Position numbers and translations under genes: made by a program
Shown here: one piece after another, positions 9,724 to 17,834 of the stretch
Layout of the letters: every line of letters begins with the position of its first letter
How positions within the stretch are numbered: the stretch's first letter is position 1
Assembly (NCBI GenBank): GCA_903842515.1
Contig: CAIMMJ010000127.1
Coordinates: forward strand, 1 to 34,679
Source: an uncultured Bacteroidota bacterium
Lineage (GTDB): Bacteria; Bacteroidota; Bacteroidia; UBA4408
Direction: 5' to 3'
Length of the DNA stretch: 34,679 nt
The notes under the pieces: generated by a model
What the model saw: only the letters and a program-made list of their open reading frames with translations
The model's database searches: none
Told to the model about the DNA's origin: nothing

Positions 9724-10208
9724 AGAAACAATACTCCGACAAAACGTTTCTGAAGCAAATGTTCTTGATTTGAATTTACGTTAAGAAATGATTTTCTGCC
9801 ACAATAAACATATTGTTAAATTTTAAATACATCTACTCTAAATACTTACTTTATTCTATCTTTTTTGTAAGATTTGCCTATTTAAATTTCTTCTGAGACT
9901 ACTATTTTATTTTTGGTTTAAAAAGAAAGCTTAAAAGACTCATACAACAACAAAATTTGCATGCATTAAAGAAAGAAAAATTATTGTTTGCACACTATTT
10001 TACAATTATTTATTTATCCCGATCGACTATTGCACAATACTTTGGTAATAAAGTGTTTACTTTTGGTAGTGGTTGTAAATGTGTTGATATTAAAACAAAA
10101 TGTAGCTATCAATCCTATTTTTCAACACATAAAACCAGTTTCTTAGTGTATAAAACACACCTATTAATTTTTAAAAATAAATTAGATTTAGACCGTAAAA
10201 TATTTTCA

Positions 10209-11261
10209 ATGGATTTTAAGATAGAGCTTACTGAAGAATCGAGATTAAATACTGTAGATTTCTCCAACCTTGTTTTTGGAAAAGTTTTTAGTGACCACAT
10301 GCTAGTTGCAGATTTTGAAAACGGAAAATGGAACACTCCCCAAATAAAACCATATGGAAAATTTTTAGTGGCACCTTCAATGTCAGCTCTACACCATGCA
10401 CAAAGTATTTTTGAAGGGCTAAAAGTTTATAAAAATGAAAATGGAGACATATTGTTTTTTAGGCTAGAAGAAAATCAAAAACGATTAAATGTTTCGGCCG
10501 AAAGAATGTGTATGCCTGCCGTTCCAAAAGAAATATTTATACAAGGAATTAAAAAACTAGTAGAAATAGACAAAGCTTTTATTCCTTCTGGAGATGGACT
10601 TTCGCTATATGTTCGGCCTATATATTTTGCAACAGACGAAGCAATTGGGGTAAAAGCGTCGCAGAACTATAGACTAATTATTTTTACCACACCAACAGGG
10701 CCATTTTACTCCGAACCATTAAAAGTAAAAATTGAAACACATTACAGTCGCTCTGCCGAGGGTGGAACAGGATATGCCAAAGCAGCAGGAAACTACGGTG
10801 GTTCATTTTATCCCACCAAAAAAGCAATGGAAGAAGGTTTTCAGCAATTAATATGGACCGATGCAAAAGAAAATAAATACGTAGAAGAATCTGGTGCAAT
10901 GAATTTGATGTTTGCTTTTGATGATGTTTTGGTAACACCAAGCTTAAGTGCCAGCAAACTTGCTGGTATTACAAGAGACAGCATTATTACTCTTGCAAAA
11001 TCATTGGGCATTAAAGTGGAGGAAAGAAATATTTCGGTGGATGAAATTATTGAAAAGCACGAACAAGGAAAACTAAAAGAAGCCTTTGGAGTTGGTACAG
11101 CAGCAGTAATTGCGCCCATTGCAATAATTGGATACAAGGGGCAAACCATAAATTTGCCGGCAATTGCAGATACCAATATTTCTAGAATTATTGCCCTTGA
11201 ACTGCAAAAAATTAGAACTGGGCAAACTGCCGATAAATTTGGGTGGATGGAGAAATTGTAG
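10209..11261 (+). CDS. ilvE: Branched-chain amino acid aminotransferase
   Basis: FGKVFSDHM, IFEGLK, LYVRP, KAAGNY, EESGAMN, LAGITR, GVGTAAVIAP. Start corrected from TTG 9957 to the in-frame ATG 10209 (350 aa). Confidence 0.95.
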   Translation: MDFKIELTEESRLNTVDFSNLVFGKVFSDHMLVADFENGKWNTPQIKPYGKFLVAPSMSALHHAQSIFEGLKVYKNENGDILFFRLEENQKRLNVSAERMCMPAVPKEIFIQGIKKLVEIDKAFIPSGDGLSLYVRPIYFATDEAIGVKASQNYRLIIFTTPTGPFYSEPLKVKIETHYSRSAEGGTGYAKAAGNYGGSFYPTKKAMEEGFQQLIWTDAKENKYVEESGAMNLMFAFDDVLVTPSLSASKLAGITRDSIITLAKSLGIKVEERNISVDEIIEKHEQGKLKEAFGVGTAAVIAPIAIIGYKGQTINLPAIADTNISRIIALELQKIRTGQTADKFGWMEKL

Positions 11262-11452
11262 CGTTTTTCTAAACTAATTAATTCTAAAATAAAACATCCA
11301 GCTTAAGTCTTCAGAGAAAATTTAGTTTAACACGGTTTAATTGGCAACACTCTTCACAATTCTGCTTTGTGAAAGCTTTTACGTGCCTTTTGCACTGCGC
11401 CATGGCAACTAAATTATCTTGTAAAAAACTCCAAAAGTGGTTTATTGATAAC

Positions 11453-11483
11453 AAAAAGCTCCGGTAATAATTACCAGAGCTTT
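11453..11483 (-). terminator. Intrinsic terminator after tRNA-Cys (possibly bidirectional)
   Basis: Minus strand AAAGCTCTGGTAA-TTA-TTACCGGAGCTTTTT hairpin with a U tract, directly after the tRNA CCA. Confidence 0.85.
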
Positions 11484-11484
11484 G

Positions 11485-11558
11485 TGGAGGTCTCGAGCGG
11501 GGTCGAACCGCTGTACAAGGTTTTGCAGACCTCTGCCTAACCACTCGGCCACGAGACC
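11485..11558 (-). tRNA. tRNA-Cys(GCA)
   Basis: Reverse complement GGTCTCG TGGCCGAGTGGTTAGGC AGAGGT CTGCAAA ACCTT GTACAGCGGTTCGACCCCGCT CGAGACC TCCA: cloverleaf, GCA anticodon, U73, encoded CCA, 74 nt. Confidence 0.97.
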
Positions 11559-11573
11559 AATTTTTTGAGTTGG

Positions 11574-11601
11574 CAAAACTACTATTTTTTTTAATATCAA
11601 A
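11574..11601 (-). promoter_or_regulatory. tRNA promoter (-33 TTTG / -7 TAnnTTTG)
   Basis: TTTG (11601-11598), 16 bp spacer, TAGTTTTG (11581-11574) upstream of the tRNA. Confidence 0.6.
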
Positions 11602-11636
11602 TTTGCAATTGCATTAAAAAGCCTTTAATTTTTATT

Positions 11637-12062
11637 CTAACACATTATTTTATCCACTCTATTGGCGTGTCTTCCACCTTCGAAAGGAATTGCCAAAAAA
11701 GTTTCTACCATTTGTTTGGCAAGTTCTTGGCTTACAAACCTTGCAGGTATTGAAATTACGTTGGCATTGTTGTGTTGCCTAGCCAAAGAGGCTATTTCGT
11801 TGGTCCAGCACAATGCCGCTCTTATTCCTGCATGTTTATTCACGGTCATATTTACTCCGTTTCCGCTGCCACAAATAATAATTCCTAAATCGGCTTGTTT
11901 ATTTTCTATTGCAATTGCCAAAGGATGTGCAACATCCGGATAATCCATACTATTGGTAGAATGCGTTCCAAAATCAATAAATTGGTGCTGTAATTTAAAC
12001 TCTTCTTTCAAGAATTCTTTTAGTTCATATCCCGCATGGTCGGCTGCAATGGCAAGTTTCAT
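11637..12062 (-). CDS. rpiB: Ribose-5-phosphate isomerase B
   Basis: AADHAG, DYPD, ICGSGNG, ANK-like VNK, RQHNNAN, FEGGRHANRV. Confidence 0.96.
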   Translation of the reverse strand: MKLAIAADHAGYELKEFLKEEFKLQHQFIDFGTHSTNSMDYPDVAHPLAIAIENKQADLGIIICGSGNGVNMTVNKHAGIRAALCWTNEIASLARQHNNANVISIPARFVSQELAKQMVETFLAIPFEGGRHANRVDKIMC

Positions 12063-12063
12063 A

Positions 12064-12543
12064 TTATATTTTAAATACGTTTTTTAAAACTGTTTTTAGC
12101 TTCCATATTTTTGTAAAAGCACTTTCTTTTCTATAGTTCAAGGGTTTTAATTTCCCTTGTATCCTTCCTTCAAACCATTTATCGAAAGGATAAAAATAAT
12201 CTTCTACCCATTTTCCATTACTGTACTTGAAGTACAAAAAATCTGGGTAAAATGTTGTTTTCCTATGCAAAGATTCTAATAACAAATCATCTCCTTCGCT
12301 TGGGTGATAATCAAAATCGAAACAATTTTTGGTGTTCAGCTGCTCAAGAACAAATTTTTCTGTTAAACCCTCCCCAAGGTTTTTGCTTTGGCACTTTGCT
12401 TTTCCATACGTTGGATTTTGTTTTGGATAATGAACCTTTACTTGTAAAGTCCATTTATAGTCAGTATAAGTTTTTTCGTTTTTTTCGTTGCCACTCTTTT
12501 CTTGGCATGTACATAAAATAAATTGATTGACTAAATCGCACAT
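12064..12543 (-). CDS. Hypothetical protein with N-terminal MCx8CTC motif
   Basis: Open frame ending 1 bp before the rpiB start; ATG 12543 preferred over TTG 12552. No recognisable domain. Confidence 0.6.
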   Translation of the reverse strand: MCDLVNQFILCTCQEKSGNEKNEKTYTDYKWTLQVKVHYPKQNPTYGKAKCQSKNLGEGLTEKFVLEQLNTKNCFDFDYHPSEGDDLLLESLHRKTTFYPDFLYFKYSNGKWVEDYFYPFDKWFEGRIQGKLKPLNYRKESAFTKIWKLKTVLKNVFKI

Positions 12544-12577
12544 ATAAAACAAAAACTTATTTTCAAAAGTAAGGGTT

Positions 12578-13477
12578 TTAAAAACTCAAACTAAAGTTGG
12601 CAGCATAAAAGTTATTAAAAATTATAGGGTTTATTTTTAAACAACTAAGGCTTTTGTTTTTTGAAGTTATTTTGGGGTGATGACTTTTCCAAACCTGTCT
12701 TGCACAGGCATATCCTATGGCTCCTCCAAGCAAAACATCCGAAGCCCAATGGGTGTGTTCTGTCATTCTAGAAATACCAACTAAAGTTGCGGTAGCATAA
12801 GCAATAATGGGCACTAATGGCGTTTGATTGTATTGCATGGCAAAAACAGAAGCAATACTAAAGGCTGCACCTGTATGTCCACTCGGGAAAGCATCAACAC
12901 TTGAACCGCCCCAAATATTTTTCCATTTTGGCCCTGTCCATTTTCCGCCGATTATTTTACTGCTGTAGGCTGCACTTGGTCTTTCTCTGCCACTGAGCGT
13001 TTTTCCTAATCTAATCCATACTCCTGCTTGTATAGTTGCTTCCAGCGCCATTAATCCTGTTTCTACTATTTTTGGTTTTTTAAACACAATGCCTGATAGA
13101 GTATAAACCGCAACAGGAATTATCACATAATTTCCGCCCAATTCTGTTATTTTAGGGCTAACAAATCCTACAAAATTATTGGTGTATATTAGGTTGGTTA
13201 CCTTATCGTCAAGAGGAGGATCAAGAGGAATAAGAGCAAACGAAGTGGCGGTAACTGCCGAACCAATTAGCCATTGTTGTTTGCTGGCGCTAAATGGTGC
13301 AATGGCTTGTTTGTAGAAATTTACAAAAACTTCTTTCGGAAATTGTTTAAGGTAGTGCATTCCTCTGGCAGAATCAACTTTTAATTTTAAGTCTCTAGCA
13401 TTTGATTTATTGGGGAATAAAATTGCTTCAAGAAATAAAAAAAAGCAGAGAATAATATGTTTTCCTTTAAAAATCAT
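12578..13477 (-). CDS. PAP2 family membrane phosphatase
   Basis: KxxxxRxRP (KTLSGRERP), FPSGHT and SRxxxxxHWASDV catalytic motifs; hydrophobic segments. Confidence 0.92.
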   Translation of the reverse strand: MIFKGKHIILCFFLFLEAILFPNKSNARDLKLKVDSARGMHYLKQFPKEVFVNFYKQAIAPFSASKQQWLIGSAVTATSFALIPLDPPLDDKVTNLIYTNNFVGFVSPKITELGGNYVIIPVAVYTLSGIVFKKPKIVETGLMALEATIQAGVWIRLGKTLSGRERPSAAYSSKIIGGKWTGPKWKNIWGGSSVDAFPSGHTGAAFSIASVFAMQYNQTPLVPIIAYATATLVGISRMTEHTHWASDVLLGGAIGYACARQVWKSHHPKITSKNKSLSCLKINPIIFNNFYAANFSLSF

Positions 13478-13563
13478 CGTTGATAAAATTTATGCAATAA
13501 AGAAATAAAAAAGAAAGCGATGAAATAAAAATTTAAAATCATTAAAATAGAAACAACTTTGTA

Positions 13564-14127
13564 TTAACCCATGTTCATTTTCTTTTTTTCCTCCCAATCC
13601 TCCCTGCTTATTTTTAACCAATTGCAGTAGATTTCATTCCATTCTGTCCAAGTAAAGTTTCCTATAATTTTTAATCCACATTTTTCTAGCACTCTTACCG
13701 ATTTCAGGTTTTCTACATTAGTTATTCCGTAAACTTCATTGGCATTCAATTGGTTAAAAGCAAAATCTAGTGATGCCTTGGTAGATTCTGTAGCATAGCC
13801 ATTTCCCCAATATTTTTTAATAATTCTGTATCCTACTTCGTAAAAATTTACGTGATTATTTATTGGCTCAGTAATAAATTTTATTCCTGTCCACCCCATA
13901 AAATTTCCTGTTGTTTTTTCTAGCATTGCAAAGCGTCCAACTCCGTTTTCGTGGTATTGCTTCCTTACCAATTCAATTGTTTTTATACATTCTTCAATAT
14001 TTTTTACGGGCTTATTGCCTAAGTATTTGTGCACCTCCGGGTCAGAATCTAATTCAAACATACCTTGTGCATCGCTTAGCTGCAGCTCTCTTAAAATAAG
14101 TCGCTCTGTTTCTAGCAGCAGTTGCAT
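13564..14127 (-). CDS. GNAT N-acetyltransferase (RimJ/RimL-like)
   Basis: LETERLILR, EVGYR, YWGNGYATE, ENLKSVRVLEKCGL. Confidence 0.92.
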   Translation of the reverse strand: MQLLLETERLILRELQLSDAQGMFELDSDPEVHKYLGNKPVKNIEECIKTIELVRKQYHENGVGRFAMLEKTTGNFMGWTGIKFITEPINNHVNFYEVGYRIIKKYWGNGYATESTKASLDFAFNQLNANEVYGITNVENLKSVRVLEKCGLKIIGNFTWTEWNEIYCNWLKISREDWEEKKKMNMG

Positions 14128-14207
14128 AGTTTACTCAGTTTTAAATATCAATTGCAATGATAACTCTTAATCTCGGTTAAAAAAGACAAAGTATAAGAAA
14201 TCATTCT

Positions 14208-14215
14208 TAATTTTG
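14208..14215 (+). promoter_or_regulatory. -7 promoter element of the bacilliredoxin gene
   Basis: TAATTTTG lies 27 bp before ATG 14243 and overlaps the ORF-track start at 14213, supporting the later start. Confidence 0.6.
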
Positions 14216-14242
14216 TGGCTCATTAAATTAAAAATTAAAAAT

Positions 14243-14659
14243 ATGTATCCAGAACAATTAGTAATACCCATGAAAGGAGAGCTTTCTTCTGTGGGCTTCA
14301 AAGACCTTACCACACCTCAAGAAGTTGATGCTGCAATTAAAGATTCCAAAGGAACTTTATTGGTAGTAGTTAACTCTGTTTGCGGCTGTGCAGCAGGAGC
14401 AGCACGCCCTGGTGTGAAAGAAGCAGTAAATTCTTCACCAAAAAAACCAGATCAATTAACTGCTGTTTTTGCTGGCTTTGATACAGAAGCCACTGCTCAA
14501 GCCAGAAAATATTTTGCTCCTTACCCACCCTCTTCGCCTTGTGTTGCCTTGTTCAAAGACGGTAAACTTGTTCACTTTTTAGAAAGACACCACATAGAAG
14601 GCAGGTCTGCAGCAATGATTTCTGATAACTTAAAAATGGCTTTTGAAGAGTTTTGTTAA
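14243..14659 (+). CDS. BrxA/BrxB (YphP/YqiW) family bacilliredoxin
   Basis: MYPEQLVIPM start, VNSVCGCAAGAARP (CGC motif), PPSSP, RHHIEGR. Confidence 0.93.
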   Translation: MYPEQLVIPMKGELSSVGFKDLTTPQEVDAAIKDSKGTLLVVVNSVCGCAAGAARPGVKEAVNSSPKKPDQLTAVFAGFDTEATAQARKYFAPYPPSSPCVALFKDGKLVHFLERHHIEGRSAAMISDNLKMAFEEFC

Positions 14660-14678
14660 AAGCATTTACACTTTTATT

Positions 14679-14712
14679 AAAAACCACCTTGTTTATTCAA
14701 GGTGGTTTTTTT
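14679..14712 (+). terminator. Intrinsic terminator after the bacilliredoxin gene
   Basis: AAAAACCACCTTG-TTTATT-CAAGGTGGTTTTTTT perfect stem plus U tract. Confidence 0.9.
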
Positions 14713-15322
14713 GTATACACTGTTTTTTTATCACACTTAATTGCTTTACTCAACATCATTAATAACTTAAACAGTAAAGTAAGGGCGGTTATATAATTAA
14801 TTCTAAGAATAACTCACCATTATCGTTCACAATTTTTTAATGTTTATTTATCCACAATTTAACACAGTTGTGAACTTTGCAAATTTTAATGATAATTTTT
14901 TAACCTGATTTTCAACCCTATTCAAAACAAGTTTTCAGCACCAAAAAGCCGATTTTGGTTAATAACCCTGCTCATTTTTTGTAGCTAATTTTGTTGGTGC
15001 TGTAGCAAAAACTTATAAGCAAAACATGTTTTGATTTTTTGACAATAGATATTAACTTTTTGTTAGAATTTATTAGCCTGAAATGAACAAAAAATTTGCT
15101 GAATTAAACATCAAGTTATAAACACTGCAGCAAGAAAACAAGAATGTTAAAATCTAAACTAATTGTTGATTATTAAAGTTTTAGCTATTTTTAAATGTTA
15201 ATAATATGTTGATGAACTTTCATTATTTACTTTTACAAAGGTTTACATAAATATTTATACACTGTTTGAACAGACCATTAACAACAACATAGTTTAATTT
15301 AAAAAAGATATATAATTATTAA
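14713..15322. other. Candidate chromosomal replication origin (oriC)
   Basis: 610 bp gene-free. Perfect DnaA box TTATCCACA at 14848-14856; near-consensus boxes TTTAACACA 14858, TTATAAACA 15116, TGTTAATAA 15196, TGTTGATGA 15207, TTATACACT 15255; then GACC, a 3-nt periodic run and a 32-bp AT tract. mnmG and parS lie within 12 kb. Confidence 0.65.
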
Positions 15323-16273
15323 ATGGTTAAAAAAGACTTGGATTTATTTGAAGAAATAAAAAATCTAAAAAAAGAAAAGAATGCTGTAATATTGGCCCAT
15401 TATTATCAGAATACAGACATACAGGATGTAGCAGATTATTTAGGAGATAGCTTGGGCCTTGCAATTGCAGCACAAAAAACAGAAGCAGATGTTATTGTTT
15501 TTGCAGGAGTTCATTTTATGGCCGAAACAGCAAAAATTCTTAATCCTTCAAAAAAAGTGTTGTTGCCCGATTTAAAAGCTGGTTGTTCTTTGGCAGATTC
15601 TTGTCCGCCAAACGAATTTAAATTATTTAAAGAAAAACATCCCAATCATTTAGTAATTTCATACATCAATTGCAGTGCAGAAATTAAAGCACTTACAGAT
15701 ATTATTTGCACTTCATCCAATGCTCAAAAAATTGTTGAAAGTTTGCCCAAAGAACAAAAAATAATTTTTGCACCAGATAAAAATTTAGGAAAATACATCA
15801 ACAAACAAACTGGCAGAAATATGATTCTGTGGGACGGCAGCTGCATGGTGCACGAAATTTTTTCGTTAAAACAAATAATGAAATTAAAAGCAGCAAATCC
15901 AACTGCAAAAATTATTGCACACCCTGAGTGCGAAGAACCCGTTTTGGCAGTGGCCGATTTTATTGGCTCTACCACCGGACTATTAAATTATACTATAAAA
16001 GATAGTGCTATGGAGTTTATAGTGGCAACAGAAACGGGAATAATTCATCAAATGCAATTAAAGAGTCCACAAAAGACTTTTATACCTGCACCACCAAACA
16101 ACAACTGTGCATGCAATGATTGCCCTCACATGAAGCTAAATACATTAGAAAAGCTATATTTATGCCTTAAAAACGAAACTCCAGAATTAATAATGGAAGA
16201 AAGTTTAAGATTAAAAGCAGAAAAGCCAATAAAAAAAATGTTGCAGCTATCCATTGAATTAGGAATTGTATAA
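15323..16273 (+). CDS. nadA: Quinolinate synthase
   Basis: [53 protein letters not shown] ([4Fe-4S] cysteines). Confidence 0.97.
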   Translation: MVKKDLDLFEEIKNLKKEKNAVILAHYYQNTDIQDVADYLGDSLGLAIAAQKTEADVIVFAGVHFMAETAKILNPSKKVLLPDLKAGCSLADSCPPNEFKLFKEKHPNHLVISYINCSAEIKALTDIICTSSNAQKIVESLPKEQKIIFAPDKNLGKYINKQTGRNMILWDGSCMVHEIFSLKQIMKLKAANPTAKIIAHPECEEPVLAVADFIGSTTGLLNYTIKDSAMEFIVATETGIIHQMQLKSPQKTFIPAPPNNNCACNDCPHMKLNTLEKLYLCLKNETPELIMEESLRLKAEKPIKKMLQLSIELGIV

Positions 16274-17827
16274 ATGTTTGCGAAATTTAAAATAGTATTT
16301 GTATTTTTTCTCCTTACCGGGTTTAAGCCATTGCTTTCGCAAGAAATAAAAACCGAAAACCAAAACGGCTACAATAAGTTTTACTATCCCTCTGGTAGGA
16401 TTCAATCTGAAGGAAATTTAAAAGACGGAAAACCTGAAGGTTTTTGGATAAATTATTTTGAAAGTGGAAGAAAAAAATCTGAAGGAAATAGAAAGAATTT
16501 TCAACTGGACAGCATTTGGAATTTTTATAATGAAAACGGAATATTAGTTCAAAGTTTTAATTACCGCGAAGGAAAAAAAGAAGGATTTAAAAGAATTTTC
16601 GAACCCGATTCCGGTAAGCTGGTTTCTGAAGAACATTTTATTGCCGACTTAAAAGATGGTTATTCTTTTTTTTATAAAAACAACTACAAATACAAGGATA
16701 TTCCCTTTATAAAAGGCAAAGAAAATGGATTGGGAAGAGAGTACAGTAAAGATGGATTAATAATAACATTAACAACCTATAAAAATGGTTTTTTGCAAAG
16801 AGAAGAAAGAATAAATAGAAGAGACCAAGCCAATAGAAAACAAGGAAATTGGAAATCATTTTTTTCATCAGGAAAAGTTTATACGGAAAGTAAATACCTA
16901 AACGATAAACTAGATGGATACTACAAAGAATACAACGAAAAAGGAGATTTGATAAAAACAGAAAAATACATTGATGGCGTGCTGCAAATAAATGTTGCAG
17001 AGTTAATAAAGCTAGATACAAAAAAGACATTTTTTAGCAATGGACAAGTAAAAACTTCAGGAACATTTAAGCAGGGTATAGCAGAAGGCGTAACTAGGTT
17101 TTACGATAGCACAGGGGTAATAAATAATTCACAAATTTTTAAAAACGGAATATTAATTTCTGAAGGAATTTTTGATGAAAAAGGTTTTCAACAAGGCCCA
17201 TGGAAAGAGTATTATTTAACCGGTGAATTGCGTTCAGAAGGAGTTTATGAAAATGGAAAAAGAGTGGGATTGTGGAAATATTATCATCAAAACAAAAACA
17301 TAGAGCAAATAGGAAAATTCAATAAAAAAGGTAAGCCTGAGGGAGACTGGAAATGGTATTTTGAATCGGGAAATATTTTAAGAGAAGAAACATTTATAAA
17401 TGGTTTGTCCGAAGGTGAAATGAGAGAATACAATGACTCAGGAGCTATTGTTACCAAAGGAAATTTTGTGGAGGGAGAAAAAGAAGGATTTTGGTTTTTG
17501 CAAGACGGAGACGATAGAGAAGAAGGAAATTATAGAAATTCTATGAAAGATGACATGTGGAAATATTTTTACTCAAACGGAAAAATTTCTCATCAAGGAA
17601 AGTACATAGAAAATTTAGAAAATGGTAAGCATGTTTACTACTATGATAATGGAAGAGTAATGCAAGAAGGAGAATTTATTATGGGCAACAAAGAAGGAAA
17701 TTGGAGAAAATATGATAGAGATGGAACCCTGGTAACAACAATTCTTTTTAGAGACAATGCAGAAATAAAAATTGATGGCGAAAAAATTCCTATGTTAGAA
17801 GGGTCAAATACTAATCTTCCAGAATAG
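16274..17827 (+). CDS. Secreted MORN-variant repeat protein (YwqK-like annotation)
   Basis: Signal peptide, then many ~23-24 aa repeats of GxWxxYYxNGxxxxEGxYxxGxxx; ATG immediately follows the nadA TAA. Confidence 0.88.
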   Translation: MFAKFKIVFVFFLLTGFKPLLSQEIKTENQNGYNKFYYPSGRIQSEGNLKDGKPEGFWINYFESGRKKSEGNRKNFQLDSIWNFYNENGILVQSFNYREGKKEGFKRIFEPDSGKLVSEEHFIADLKDGYSFFYKNNYKYKDIPFIKGKENGLGREYSKDGLIITLTTYKNGFLQREERINRRDQANRKQGNWKSFFSSGKVYTESKYLNDKLDGYYKEYNEKGDLIKTEKYIDGVLQINVAELIKLDTKKTFFSNGQVKTSGTFKQGIAEGVTRFYDSTGVINNSQIFKNGILISEGIFDEKGFQQGPWKEYYLTGELRSEGVYENGKRVGLWKYYHQNKNIEQIGKFNKKGKPEGDWKWYFESGNILREETFINGLSEGEMREYNDSGAIVTKGNFVEGEKEGFWFLQDGDDREEGNYRNSMKDDMWKYFYSNGKISHQGKYIENLENGKHVYYYDNGRVMQEGEFIMGNKEGNWRKYDRDGTLVTTILFRDNAEIKIDGEKIPMLEGSNTNLPE

Positions 17828-17834
17828 CAAGAAC

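Noticed and set aside
9957-10208. 84-aa N-terminal extension of IlvE
   Set aside because: It has a TTG start, no similarity to aminotransferases, and contains a promoter motif and hairpin leader.
11311-11544. 77-aa minus-strand ORF
   Set aside because: It is a translation of tRNA-Cys and its terminator.
11485-11558. tRNA-Cys as an integration site for an island
   Set aside because: No integrase and no duplicated tRNA 3' end were seen in the window.
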